64,000 nt of DNA, from contig OX597824.1 of NCBI GenBank assembly GCA_951406725.2, forward strand, positions 15,190,001 to 15,254,000, read 5' to 3'. The stretch comes from Octopus vulgaris. Taxonomy: Eukaryota. Shown here piece by piece: positions 1-14,431 of this stretch. A program made the translations under genes and the position numbers. The notes under the pieces are model-generated. The model did no database searches. It was not told the DNA's origin and saw only the letters and a list, made by a program, of their open reading frames with translations. Numbering within the stretch: the stretch's first letter is position 1; every line of letters starts with the position of its first letter.

Positions 1-83
1 AGTTGTGTGGCTTTCTACGGCATATCCACGTTAAGTAAGATAAAATTTAAGAAATGCAATTCTGAATCTCTCTCTTTCTCTCC

Positions 84-164
<81 letters not shown>

Positions 165-224
165 ATATATATATGTATATATTTATGTATATATATATAT
201 ATACATACATATTATATATATATA

Positions 225-257
<33 letters not shown>

Positions 258-411
258 TCATGCATATATATTTACATATCTATATACATAACACGCACCG
301 ACATACATATGGAATTTTAGCTAAGTGCAATGCCGGTGTAGATAAAAAGGTTGTAAGTCTTAAAGTTGTCGTAGAAAATGACTCAATACGAACAATCACA
401 ATCAACCACAG

Positions 412-486
<75 letters not shown>

Positions 487-539
487 GCCGATATTTATAA
501 AATACCTATAAAACAGAACACAACATGCATCGTAGCTAA

Positions 540-893
540 CCATAAACTCCTTGTTAGAATATATTACAAAGCACCAGAACGGAAAACATTATTAACAGAT
601 AAAACATTAACCAACAAACCACAGAACGTGCTTTAAACTATGAATGATCATTAAGAATTTTAGTGTCTGTAAGAAAGTTGCTACTTTCTTGAATCAAACT
701 GCCACATTGGTCATACAAGTACAAACACCCTCCCGTCGTCTGACTGTGCATCTACAACAAGGAATCGTTGAAACATAAAACAATAGAGTTCATTCAACAG
801 AAATAGACGGACATATATTAGTTGACAATACTACAATTCGATGGAGACTTCCAAACAAAAATCAGAAGAGTAGCGATGGAAGCATTCCTAATA
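540..893 (+). pseudogene. Degenerate Penelope-like element GIY-YIG endonuclease fragment
   Basis: Manual translation across frameshifts and a stop gives LLVRIYYK...CHIGHTST.L.RRLTVHLQQG...ILVDNTTI...RVAMEAFLI, matching the YIGxTTTTLSRRLTMH...NT.I...LEALxI pattern of PLE endonucleases. It is cut off by a SINE-A copy. Confidence 0.65.
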
Positions 894-894
894 C

Positions 895-1112
895 CCTTTA
901 CTCTCTTTTACTCTTTTACTTGTTTCAGTTATTTGACTGTGGCCATGCTGGAGCACCGCCTTTAGTCGAGCGAATCGACCCGAGGACTTATTCCTTGTAA
1001 GCCTAGTACTTATTCTATCGGTCTCTTTTGCCGAACCGCTTAGTTACGGAGACGTAAACAGACCAGCATGGGTTGTCAAGCGATGTTGGGAAGACAAACA
1101 CAGACACACAAA

Positions 1113-1156
<44 letters not shown>

Positions 1157-1311
1157 CATATATACAACGGGCTTTTTTCAGTTTCCGCCTACCAAATCCA
1201 CTCACAAGGCTTTGGTCGGCCCGAGGCTATAGTAGAAGATACTTGCCCAAAGTGTCACGCAGTGGGACTGAACCCGGAACCACGTGGTTGGTAAGCAAGC
1301 TACTTACCACA

Positions 1312-1316
<5 letters not shown>
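895..1316 (-). mobile_element. SINE family A (tRNA head, CORE-like segment, internal TA/CA microsatellite, AGTAAAAG tail)
   Basis: Reverse strand shows the end of the A-box region (GGCTGTGTGG), B box GGTTCAGTCC, CORE-like TTGGGCAAGT and a tandem tail. About 15 homologues occur in the window. Confidence 0.9.
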
Positions 1317-1770
<454 letters not shown>

Positions 1771-1773
1771 ATA

Positions 1774-1824
<51 letters not shown>

Positions 1825-1856
1825 GTATATATATGTATGCATATATGTATATATAT

Positions 1857-1908
<52 letters not shown>

Positions 1909-1921
1909 CGCTGGATTAACC

Positions 1922-1959
<38 letters not shown>

Positions 1960-2469
1960 GCATATGTATATGCGTATGTACAGAGAGAAAGAAGGAAGTG
2001 TGAGAGAGAGAGAGAGAGAGAGAGAGTATGTGTGTATATCTGATTATTTAAGTTGTTGCCTTTAACTTTCAACCTCTCCTCCTGGGACGAATTTAGTTGG
2101 TTCAAGCACGAAGGACCGAAACCTTGTATTCTAATAATTCAGATACGTATGGAAGCATACAACTATGGATGCAAATGTAAATGAGTTCCTCTCTGTTTTG
2201 TATCCATCCAATATACACACATATACTTGTCTTCGTATATTTTTATGAGCATAGGAGAGCAAACACTCACATACTTATATTTATATGTGTTTATGCATGC
2301 ATGTATGTATGTATGAATGTATGTATGTATGCATGTATGTATATATGTATATATATATGTATATATACATATTACATATATATGACTGTATATATATATA
2401 TATATATGTATATGTATATGTATATATATATGTATATATATATATGTTTATATATATATATATATGTAA

Positions 2470-2664
<195 letters not shown>

Positions 2665-2892
2665 GTATATATATATGTATATATATATATTACATATATA
2701 TGAATGTATATATATATATTTATATATATGTATGTATTACATACATGTATATATTACATATATATGAATGTGTATATATATGTATGTATGTATATATATA
2801 TATATGCGTACATCAAAATGGAAGTTTGTACAAATATGTTTATACATATAAACATATAAGAATATATATACACACATACATTTGTGTCTGTA

Positions 2893-2943
<51 letters not shown>

Positions 2944-3153
2944 GTGTGTGTGTGTGTGTGTATGTGTATGTATATATGTGTGTGTGTATGTGTATGTATA
3001 CATGTATGTGTGTGTATGGATATGTATATGTGTAGAGTGATCTATTGTTTATACATTTTTGTGCATTACTCTTTGTATCTAGCTTAGTCACTTTGTATAC
3101 TCATCCACACACAAATAGAAACACACACACACACACATACACGCGCACACACA

Positions 3154-3211
<58 letters not shown>

Positions 3212-4575
3212 ACACACATAACTTTGTGGATGGTGGTGGTATCTCACAGCATTTCACACATTTCAACGTTAAAAAATGAAAAAAATCTCATCACTTTGAC
3301 CTTTCATTATTCAAATTATTTCCTTATTTGCTTTATTATTTTACATATCATGCACTTTTCAATCACTGCTCGTATCGCCATGGTGACAACAGTCCACTCA
3401 TCACATCTCTTCACTTCTCCGCCTCTCCCTATCTCTCTTCTAAAACACTAGATATTTCGGCACCCAATTATCTTTCTAGCTAACAATCTTCCTAAAATGT
3501 TTCACATTGATCTCTGTTTTTGCTACTTGATTAAAAATTCTGTCCGTAAATTCAGAAGGCAAACAGTAGAAACTCTCTAATAAGGAGTCAAAATAGGCGA
3601 AAAACGATTGAGCTTCATATCAACCCTGTTCGTTCATATGCCGGTCTCACATACACCGTCACACAGACCACTGCTCAATTAACACGTTCGCCATTTTGAT
3701 TAATTTTTCAACCCACTTTGCGCCAACAGTTTACTGACGCAATCCGCTCTATTCAAGTCAAACATGTAGCCGTAACTTTTATTTTGTTCTCTGTTTGTTG
3801 AATATAAAAATCAGCTGCGTTTCGATGTTTGTCCATTCAATTAGTACACACCAGCTCATTCTGATTTACAGCACGCCGCTTCGTTCTTCTTCTATATTTC
3901 CTTTCTCTAACCCAGTCTTTTATTTTATCATCAATTTCCGCGTCTATTTGCCTAATCTGCTGGGATTTCTGGCCTCTATCGTTAGATTTTGTTATATTCC
4001 TTTCCTCACAATTCATATATTTCCTTTCATTAGTTTCACTCTATATTCTCTCCTTAAACTTTGATTTAATATATATTTCTCATTTTATCTTTATTTCTTT
4101 AAGTATTTCCAAACTCATACGCGTACGCGTAAATATACATATACATATACATATCTTGATCTTATAGTAACACAGCATGCTCGATGTACGATGCAGAGCC
4201 ACCACAACAACATAATCTAACATTCATGTATAAAATTACACCCGAAACGCACGTGGAAATACAAATCTTAATGTTGAAATAAGTATGAGAATAGATGTAT
4301 TTTTGATGCTAAACTGCATCATCATCAGCCAGAAAGAGTGGTTAGTTCGTACAGCAGCCTTATACGTATAATTTCGGGTTATTCCGTGCTGTTGAAGGCT
4401 GGGGATGCTAGCGAAACTATTGTTTAACAATTTTGTTTCCTGTCCAGTGAATGATTCATCTATGAAGAAACATTCTTACAGAAATCATAGGGATAATAAC
4501 CATGAACACGGTTCTAGTTAAGTTATCCCGCTTATATATATTTTGTTCTATATCCAGAAAAGAGTTTAGCAAGTA

Positions 4576-4980
4576 GGCGTAGCAGTGGCTGTGTGGTAAG
4601 TAGCTTGTTTAACAACCACATGGTTCCACGTTCAGTCACACTGCGTGGCACCTTGCGCAAGTGTCTTCTACTATAGACTCGGTTCGACCAAAGCCTTGTC
4701 AGCAGATTTGGTAGACGGAAACTGAAAGAAGCCCATCATATATATGTATATATATATATATATATGTGCGTATATGTTTGTGTGTCTGTGTTTGTCTTCC
4801 CAACATCGCTTGACAACCGATGCTGGTGTGTTTACGTCCCCGTAACTTAGCGGTTCGGCCAAAGATGCCGATAGAATAAGTATTAGGCCTACAAAGAATA
4901 AGTCCTGGGGTCGATTTGCTCGACTAAATGTGGTGCTCCAGCATGGTCACAGTCAAATGACTGAAACAAGTAAAAGAGTA
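4576..4980 (+). mobile_element. SINE family A, full length
   Basis: Head GGCGTAGCAGTGGCTGTGTGG through tail AAGTAAAAGAGTA. Confidence 0.9.
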
Positions 4981-5051
4981 AGTATTAATGGCTCAGATCT
5001 TGTTGAAGCCAGATATCATCTTGGCATTCATATGAACGACGCTGCTAATCC

Positions 5052-5340
5052 TTTGGAGTTTACTGTGCTTTGGGAAGAGAGGCTGAAGAAGACACAAGAG
5101 AGAAAAGGAAGAGACCCAAATACCAGGAATTCGTGAAGGACTGCCGCAGGGATTGCTGGAAAAAGAAGCGTTTGTAAGTGGAGGTTGACAGTCGAGGGCT
5201 CGTAGATCGTACATACCCTGAGTAAGGCCCATGGAACCTTGATCACTGCAAGAATGATCAAAAGAAGAGCCATCACGGACAACATAGAGGTTACTGAGAA
5301 AGCATCAAACTGGCTCTGGCGGAAAAGCGGCAGTCGATGG
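5052..5340 (+). pseudogene. Non-LTR retrotransposon restriction-like endonuclease C-terminus, HERO-like, frameshifted
   Basis: Translates across frameshifts to LEFTVLWEERLKKTQERK..KYQEFVKDCRRDCW..VEVDSRG..KRRAITDNIEVTEKASNWLWRK, matching ELTVPWEE..ERKR.KY..L...C...GW...EVGCRG...AAE.AS.WLW. Confidence 0.75.
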
Positions 5341-5995
5341 GGTCAGTAGAATGTCCTTTGGATACATGTCTAGTCTTGATCAAATTTGGTCGCGTTGCCA
5401 GTATAAGGATATATGTTGTAAGATCCGAAACACCCTGTAACGCTCAAGATGCAACACCGACAGTATATCCAAGCAGCGCATAGAGATATGTTGAACGGAT
5501 TTAAAACAACCCAGAAGATCGATGCAACATATAGAGCCATATACATACATGCATACATACATACATACATACATACATACATACATACATACATACATAC
5601 ATACATACATACACACAAAGTTATTTCTGAAATTGTGCTAAGTACTGATGTTGACCATAGCTTAATCAATAAGCGTAGGAACAAGATAAATGTAGTAAAA
5701 ATAGAGGCGGGGCAACGGGTCCCCATTTAAGCGGCCCTTCAGAAATTGAAACGCCTTACGATACTTCCTGAAATTTACGGTATGAAATTCATTGTCATTG
5801 CTCCGATTTTGTTGCCAATGCCATGTATTTAGTTTAAAATGCAGTAAAAATAGGGGGAAGGTTAGTGGGGCTCCAATTAGGCGGCCCTTAAAAAATAGAC
5901 CCCCTTAGGACGTTCCCTGGGATTAGGAGAGTTGCTGGTTTCAGTTTCGTTGTCCTTGCACCAACGGTCTAGGAGAAGTTAACGGACAGAGAAAC

Positions 5996-6065
<70 letters not shown>

Positions 6066-6998
6066 CTATATATATATATGTGTGTGTGCATGCGTGTGTG
6101 TGTTTCTCTCTATATTGCATTACACATATACACACAGAAGCCTACACAGATATGAATGTATAGAGCTTTTTTCTATATCCTTTGTACTCATATAAAATGA
6201 AATTAAATATCTCTTCAATATGTAAGATATACCGACCACATAAATTCTAAAGTCATGTAGTAGGCGATGCTTCAGCATGGCCGCGGTTTAATGAATGAAA
6301 CAAGTAGATAAATAAAAGACTTGCAAGTATTCTTAGTTAACTGTAGGTTATGTAATATGTAATATTATAACCTCGGTGATTCGAAGTTATGTAATATACA
6401 TGATTATTTAGTTAGACACCAACGTAAAATGCTATGCCTCATAGTTGGATACTAATATTGTTAACTGGAAATTATTGTTAGATTTCAACAAGTTTACGAA
6501 AATGTTTTCCAGTATTAATACTGACGTATTAATTTCGTTTCATAATCAAATATACGTCAATGTTTCTATTTCTAAAAACTTCGTAAGTTCGGTTTGTGAA
6601 ATCTAATTTATTAAAATTTTTACTGTATGTCTGCGAAAACTTATCAAAACTTTAATTGAAGCAATTTGCTTAAAACCGTAGTTATTATTATTATTTTAAT
6701 TTTTTACAGTTTTACAATCTTGTCCCAAACAAAGCTTGAGACCACCGTAGCGTAAGAGACCACAAAGAAGGAAAAGAAGGGGCTTATAAATTCAAAAGTT
6801 GTTGATTGACAAAAGGGCTCAAAGAACTGAAAATCATGGTCCAGAGAAAACAAGATTATGGCAGTGAATTCCAGAGAGCAGTTGTTTGAGGAAAGGAGTT
6901 GTTAGAATAAAAGAACTGATACCATATCTTACTGTCATTAGAACCTTTGACTGTTCCATCACAATCTTCTCATGATGTAAACCATACCAATTTCTCTC

Positions 6999-7573
6999 TG
7001 GCGAGCTGGCAGAAACGTTAGCATGCCGGGTGAAATGCTTAGCAATATTTCGTCTGCCGCTACGTTCTGAGTTCAAATTCCGCCGAGGTCGACTTTGCAT
7101 TTCATCCTTTCGGGGTCGATTAAATAAGTACCAGTTACGCACTGGGGTCGATATAATCGACTTAATCCCTTTGTCTGTCCTTGTTCGTCCCCTCTGTGTT
7201 TAGCCCCTTGTGGGTAGTAAAGAAATAGGTATTTCATCTGCCGCTACGTTCTGAGTTCAAATTCCACCGAGGTCGACTTTGCCTTTCATCCTTTCGGGGT
7301 CGATTAAATAAGTACCAGTTACGCACTGGGGTCGATATAATCGACTTAATCCGTTTGTCTGTCCTTGTTTGTCCTCTCTGTGTTTAGCCCCTTGTGGGTA
7401 GTAAAGAAATAGGTTTTTCGTCTGCCGCTACGTTCTGAGTTCAAATTCCGCCGAGGTCGACTGTGCCTTTCATCCTTTCGGGGTCGATAAATTAAGTACC
7501 AGTTGCGTACTGCGGTCGACTGGCTTCCTCCCCCAAAATTTCGGGCTTTGTGCCTAGAGTAGAAAAGAATATT
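6999..7573 (+). mobile_element. SINE family B array: head, two 184-bp tail-1 units, final unit with tail-2
   Basis: A box TGGCAGAAACG, B box GAGTTCAAATTC, Meta-domain-like GGTCGACTTTGCCTTTCATCCTTTCGGGGTCGAT..AAGTACCAG. Unit starts at 7046, 7230 and 7414. Confidence 0.9.
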
Positions 7574-7942
7574 ATTTACATTGTTTTGTTTCTTGACGTA
7601 ATTACAATTAGCTTTGTACTTTAATGAAGTAAACTGAATTATATAATTATTGCTGCTCGCGCATCTATTTCAGTGCACACACGTCTGGCATAGTAAACAT
7701 TCCGACCTATCTGGTACAATATACAGTACATCTCTTACACGCCTGGTGGTGTACACATTCCGCTCACAATTGATCTAGTACTACTCATTCCATAAACATC
7801 TGGTGCAGTGTAACATGCCACAAACAATTAGTCTAATACACATTTCTCATCCATCTTGTACGACAGACATCTTCATACACATTTTATACAGTACACATTA
7901 CATACATACGTCTGACACCGTACTCATATCTCATACTAATAT

Positions 7943-8266
7943 CTATTTCTTTACTACCCACAAGGGGCTTAACACAGAGAGGACAAACAAGGACAGACAA
8001 ACGGATTAAGTCGATTATATCGACCCCAGTGCGTAACTGGTACTTTTTTAATCGACCCCGAAAGGATGTAAGGCAAAGTCGACGTCGGCGGAATTTGAAC
8101 TCAGAACGTAACGGCAGGCGACATACCTATTTCTTTACTACCCACAAGGGGCTAAACAGAGAGGACAAACAAGGACAGACAAAGGGATTAAGTCGATTAC
8201 ATCGACCCCAGTGCGTAACTGGTACTTTTTTAATCGACCCCGAAAGGATGAAAGGCAAAGTCGACC
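7943..8266 (-). mobile_element. SINE family B, two tandem units, headless
   Basis: Same unit and GAAATA|GGTA junction as the array at 6999-7573. Confidence 0.85.
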
Positions 8267-8616
8267 GGAAAACCGGGTCCATGAGCCTGGCTAGGGTTGA
8301 AAAGGGCGACGTTTATCGGTTGTTTTTTTTTTATCCTCAGAGCGGTGTAAAAAACAAAAGTCGATCATGGCAGGATTTGAGCTCAAAACGCAAACGGTCT
8401 CGTAACCAAATACCGAAAGGAACTTTTGACATCCGTTACTCTACTAATTCTACCAACACACCACCGCTATTATATTTGTCTGCACTCTACTAACTCTGTC
8501 ATACACCGCCCTACACACCACAAAAATGCGCTCAGTTTTCAGTATTTCATTCATCATTGTCAAATGCACACACACACACACGCACGCACACACACACACA
8601 TTCAGATATGTATATA

Positions 8617-8650
<34 letters not shown>

Positions 8651-8774
8651 CAAAAACTTCCACCAAAACACACAAACCCATCTTAATCCCGGCTGTGTTT
8701 ACTGACCTGTTTCACTACCGCAAATTTGACACCAATTATAAAAGAGATTTTCGGTTGCTGTTATTGATGTTGTC

Positions 8775-8842
<68 letters not shown>

Positions 8843-8989
8843 GTGGTCGCCGTTTTTGTTGTTGCTTCTGTTGTTATTTGCTACGAACGGACGTCTGTAA
8901 CAGAGCTCTCGGAAGAATTGGACTTTTACGACGTTCCGTTGATTATATATATATATATATACATACATACATACATATATATATATATA

Positions 8990-9065
8990 TCCTGAGCGTC
9001 CAATAATACTTTATTTGTTCCACATCCTTGCGTTGTTGTTTTTTGTTTTCTTGTTTGGATTAAGT
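8990..9065 (+). mobile_element. PLE-like 3' tail stub in (TA)n
   Basis: CCTGAGCGTCCAATAATAC...TTGTTTGGATTAA, homologous to 24427-24505. Confidence 0.7.
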
Positions 9066-9072
9066 TTATATA

Positions 9073-9103
<31 letters not shown>

Positions 9104-9381
9104 TTTTTCTGGGGTTTATTTTGCCAACAAAGATTTTTTTTTTTACTCTTCGTTTTAGAAATATAATATATATATATATATTTGAAAACAACCACTGAGC
9201 TTCTTTACTAACAAATCAATATAGCCAGGTATCAAAAACCAGATGAGTTATCAAACATAAACGTAGTTTCAACGATACGACTATACTCTCAAAAATGTAA
9301 GAGATATTATCAAAAAGAAAAAGAAAAGAAAAAAAAGAAGAAGCAGAAACCGCGATGACAATTGAAATTGAATAAGTAGTA

Positions 9382-9650
9382 GGAAGCACTCCGTCGGTTA
9401 CGACGATGAGGGTTCCGGTTGATCCGAATCAACGGAACAGCCTGCTCGTGAAATTAACGTGTAAGTGGCTGAGCACTCCACAGACACGTGCACCCTTAAC
9501 GTAGTTCTCGGGGATATTCAGCGTGACACAGAGAGTGACAAGGCCGGCCCTTTGAAATACAGGTACAACTGAAACAGGAAGTAAGAGTGAGAGAAAGTTG
9601 TGGTGAAAGAGTACAGCAGGGATCACCACCATCCCCTGCCGGAGCCTCGT
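9382..9650 (-). mobile_element. SINE family C, 5'-truncated, abutting a family-B tail (9651-9725, +)
   Basis: Near-identical to the 3' two-thirds of 59759-60138 and 61753-62133. Confidence 0.85.
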
Positions 9651-10335
9651 GTACTGGTGCAGATCTAATCGACTGGTCCCCGTCCGTAAAATTTCGGGCC
9701 TTGTGCCTAGAGTAGAAAAGAATATTCTTGTTTAAGAACAATGTATATATATATAGATATATATGTGTGTGTGTGTGTGTATGCTTGTCCACGTATTTAT
9801 ATGCGTGTATGTATGTATGTACGTATGTATGTATGTATGTATGTATGTATGTATGTATGTATGTATGTATGTATGTATGTATATACATATATGCATGCAT
9901 ACCTGTATATTGTTTTACACAACACACATATGCACACAAAGACCATACTTGTATAGCAATAGATAATGTTCGTAGATACGCATAACCTCTGTCTTATATC
10001 ATACACACACATAAACACTCATACACATACACTCACACACAGAAAGAAAAGATACACACACGCATATACAGTGAAACAGCACTGAACACACATACCCACA
10101 CACATAACCGAACGTACAAAGCGGTGTACATATGTGATGGTCCACATACACACATGCACACACACATGCACACACACACACACACATATAGCCATACACC
10201 TATACTTATTCATTTATTTAGTTAATATGCATAGATACAGACATACGTGCATACACACAAACCAAACACAAACTCATCCATACGCACATACACATACACA
10301 CACACACACACACTTACATGCACGCACACACACAC

Positions 10336-10545
10336 ACACTTGCACCGATACATACACTCACGGACTCACACACACACACACTTGCACCGATACATACACT
10401 CACGGACTCACACACACACACACTTGCACCGATACATACACTCACGGACTCACACACACACACACACTTGCACCGATACATACACTCACAGACTCACACA
10501 CACACACACTTGCACCGATACATACACTCACGGACTCACACACAC
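10336..10545. repeat. Minisatellite, 5 copies of about 42-44 bp
   Basis: CACTTGCACCGATACATACACTCACGGACT(CA)n repeated five times. Confidence 0.9.
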
Positions 10546-11340
10546 ACACACACACACACACGTACACGCACACACATACAGTCACATCGCCATCTTTGTT
10601 TTCCAGAATCTCCTCTCATGTCAACTCTCCGTTCTCACTCTCCACTAATACCTTACTTCCATATTCCTCGGCAAACAAAGAACCGATTGAGATACGAAGA
10701 GGAAGAGGAATTAATAAAAGGAATGCTATTGTTATGGATTTCTTGATAACCTTCCAAATTGCCAACTTCAGCCAAGCTGTTCCGTCTTAAGCAGACGTTC
10801 AGGTTTTACTGCATGTAAAGGGAGACAACCTTTAGCGATTGCTTAGAGAGCGGATTAGGCGGAAAAACTTAATGCAGCAAATAAAAGGTACACGATTTGC
10901 GTGTCATCATAACTTAATCGGTAAAGCAACGAAGAGAGAAAAAAAATGGAGAGAAAGCGAGGAGGTTACTATGGAGCGGAGGAGAGAACGAGAGAGAGAA
11001 AGAGAAATTGGTTCAAAGAGAGAGAAAGAGAAGGGAGAGAGGAGGGAGAGAGAGATTTACTCTTTCAAACTTTAGAAGCAGACGACAATCTATTCTATTC
11101 TGTACATGTTAACGTAGTGTAGCAACGAAATGAACGGACAGAGAGCTATCTTGTGTATGGATGGATACATAATGAGAATGGAACTTAATACACAAATACA
11201 TGTATATATAGACACACAAGGAAATCATACATACATATATATGATTTATATATGCTTATATATTCTATCGAAGCAGATGATTTACTCCGTTACTGCTTTG
11301 AGTTTGTATGATGTATGATGCGTGTGTGTGTATGTGTGTG

Positions 11341-11378
<38 letters not shown>

Positions 11379-11489
11379 GGGAGAGATAAAGAAAGAGAGG
11401 AGAGAAAATGTGTGTATCTGTGTGAAGGCATAGGTGCGAAAGTAATGGGCTCACGATTTTTAGGTCGCGGGTTCAATTTCTAGATATAT

Positions 11490-11857
11490 TTATTTCTTTA
11501 CTACCCACAAGAGGCTAAACACAGAGGGGACAAACAAGGACAGACAAAGGGATTAAGTCGATTACATCGAGCCCAGTGCGAAACTGGTACTTTATTTATC
11601 GACCCCGGACTCGGCGGAATTTGAACTCAGAACGTAACGGCAGACGAAATACCTATTTCTTTATTACCCACAAGGGGCTAAACACAGAGGGGACAAACAA
11701 GGACAGACATAGGTATTAAGTCGATTACATCGACCCCAGTGCGTAACTGGTACTTAATTTGAAAGGCAAAGTCGACCTCAGCGGAATTTGAACTCACAAC
11801 GTAACGCAGACGAAATACCGCTAAGCATTTCGCCCGGCGTGCTAACGTTTCTGCCAG
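11490..11857 (-). mobile_element. SINE family B, head plus two units with internal deletions
   Basis: GAAATACC|TATTTCTTT junction near 11655. Head at 11820-11857. Confidence 0.85.
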
Positions 11858-12099
11858 GGCGGCATTTTACGTCTGTGAATAAAGCGCTACGCTTCATGTT
11901 GTAGCAGTTGATTGAGCTAAGTTTGAACGCCAAGCCAGTCCTGGTGCGGCGTTCTCTTCCCCCAGCTGTCACATGCTCGATGCTTCTTTGGAGCAAAGAC
12001 GGTGATAAGGACTTTATACACAGGCTGTATGTGTGACACTGAGCAGCGGAACGAGGATAATCTACCCACGGAGGAGAAGAATAAATTTATAGCGAAATA

Positions 12100-13750
12100 A
12101 ACAAAAGGGGGTTATGTTAGTGAAAGCGAAACGGGTGTGGTATCAATACTTCTACCAATACCCAGCAAGGTACTCGCAAGTATCATTGCTGAAAGACTGG
12201 AAAACAAGGAAGAACACAAGAAAAAAGTAGAATTTAGGAAGGTTAACTACTACTGTATTGACAAACTTCTTATGTTAATGATCATGTTAGATCATAATTA
12301 TAAAAATATATGAAACCATTATTCTCTGTTAACCTACTTTTGGGCCGGCGCATGGCTTAGTGCTTAGGTCATTTGGCTCACGATCATAAGGCCGTGAGTT
12401 CATTTCCCAGCAATGCGTATGTAAAAGAGATCATGTTACTGAAATGGTTGGTTTCTCACGTTCTTAACTTCAAAATCTTGGAAAAATCTTTTGATTCGGA
12501 ATCAAGGGACACTCAATCCGCTCGTCAATATCATCCAAGAGCTGTTAAAAAGAAGATCGCTGACGAGCGATACATAGCAGATTGTCGAAACCTTCCGACA
12601 ATCTCCTGTTATGGAGGTAGAGATGTCTATTGTAGTCAATGATCTTGATGATTGGCTGAGTGATGCGTCATACGATGATGACCGAAAGAGCGGGTATACA
12701 GGGGGCATAAGCACAGAGGTTAAAGAGTCTACACTTTGTGGAGGAGATCCACACTTTGTGAACGAGATCTACTTGATATTCCAGAACGTTCAAAACATGC
12801 ATAGAAGGGCAGAAAGGCTAAAAGAAATAGCTGTGAAAACCGAAATATTTGGTTGTCCGGAAAGTTCGTGCCGATTTATAGTAGCTTACCTTTCGACTTA
12901 TTTTAGAATATGGTTGAGTCCATAAAATAGGATTTGACTACACCTCCATTTAGAGCACAGTTTAAGCTACCTTTTCGTGGAAGAAGATATATGTTCCTAT
13001 AACCTGTGTTAATTCTGTAACTCTTTAAAATAGAAGATAGAAAAGTTCATTTTCGGCACATGATGCTTTGGGAACCAGACAAAAATTGCTGCAGCTTGGC
13101 TGGAATGTGTTACCCCAACCTCCATGTTCACCAGGTATTGCTCCTTCGGATTTCCACTTATTCAAATATCTGCAGAATAGTCTTAATGGTAAAAATTTCA
13201 ATTCCTTGGATGACGTAAAATGATACCTTGATGAATTATTTGCCATGAAACCACCTCAATTCTGGGAAGAGGGTATTTTCAAGCTAAAAGAAAGATGGAG
13301 ACGTATTGTGCAACAAAATGGTTTATATTTGGTTGATTAAAAATGTAATGGCAAGTATTTATTGACCTTTTTCTTTCCTTTAAAAATCGGCACGAACTTT
13401 CCGGACAACCCAATAGAAAACCATTAACTTAGCTCTATCATGGTCAAAAATTTCATGCTGACGAGGTGAAGCGTTTCACGTATCGAGAGAATGCTAAGTC
13501 CGTAACTCGAGGTATAGAGGAGGACGTAGAATTGAAAGCTGGAAAAGCAAGTCAAATCTTTATCAATTTAAAACCTGTCTAGAAGGCAAATGCTCCGTTT
13601 AGATGTATTACACAGAAAATCTTTAATAGCGTCATCATATTAGTCCCGCAGCTATTTGGTGCATCAGAAAGTATAAGATGTACACAGATTACGAAAAGTA
13701 AAAATTTCTGGGCCAAAGAAATGCAAGAACTCATCGGCCATTAAACAACA
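12100..13750 (+). pseudogene. Highly decayed RTE-clade LINE reverse transcriptase, interrupted by a SINE-D head (12346-12415) and a mariner derivative
   Basis: Ordered motifs LLPIPSKVLASIIAERL, CIDKLLMLMIMLD, LVNIIQEL, DPHFVNEIYLIFQNVQNM (eroded DLDFADDI), EVKRFTY..GIEEDVELKAGKASQIF..LKPV, KIFNS. Confidence 0.7.
12848..13413 (+). mobile_element. Non-autonomous mariner (566 bp), copy 1
   Basis: About 30-bp TIRs TTGGGTTGTCCGGAAAGTTCGTGCCGATTT, TA on both sides, residual P.PP.SP.IAPSDFHLF motif. Confidence 0.95.
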
Positions 13751-13954
13751 AGACGGATGTTAAAAAGACTGGAGAGATGTTGGGAAAAGCCTAGCCTTAG
13801 ATTTGATGCAATTGGTAACGCAGTCGACCAGTATACGGTGGATATGTGGTTCGATATCCATAGATGGTTCTGTTCACTTTTTCTGTTTTACGTCGTACTT
13901 CTTGTGAATAAATATATAAGGTTATATTTCATAATAAAAATGTTAACCGTTTAC

Positions 13955-14039
<85 letters not shown>

Positions 14040-14041
<2 letters not shown>

Positions 14042-14263
14042 GGGGTGGGTGGGGTGGGGGGAGAATTCACTAAAAAAACAAAAGACGAAGACAGGTGGTG
14101 TAGAAAACAATCAGATGTATTAGTATAACGCTCAGGAATAGAAAAAAGTCTTTAACGTTTCGAGCCTACGCTCTTCTACAGAAAGGGACACAGAAAGAAA
14201 CAAGGAGAGAAAAAAAAGGAGAGAAAAAAATGTGTGTAGTGGCTACTGATCTATCATGGCGAA

Positions 14264-14265
<2 letters not shown>
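14040..14265 (-). mobile_element. PLE-like end fragment with hammerhead-like motif (14150-14185)
   Basis: Minus strand CUGUAGA-AGAGC-GUAG-GCUC-GAAAC-GUUA followed by the TTCCTGAGCG..TAATAC tail. Embedded in (TA)n. Confidence 0.65.
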
Positions 14266-14306
<41 letters not shown>

Positions 14307-14364
14307 TAGGTAAGTAGGTATGTATGTATGTATGTATGTATGTATGTATATATATGTATGTATG

Positions 14365-14427
<63 letters not shown>

Positions 14428-14431
<4 letters not shown>

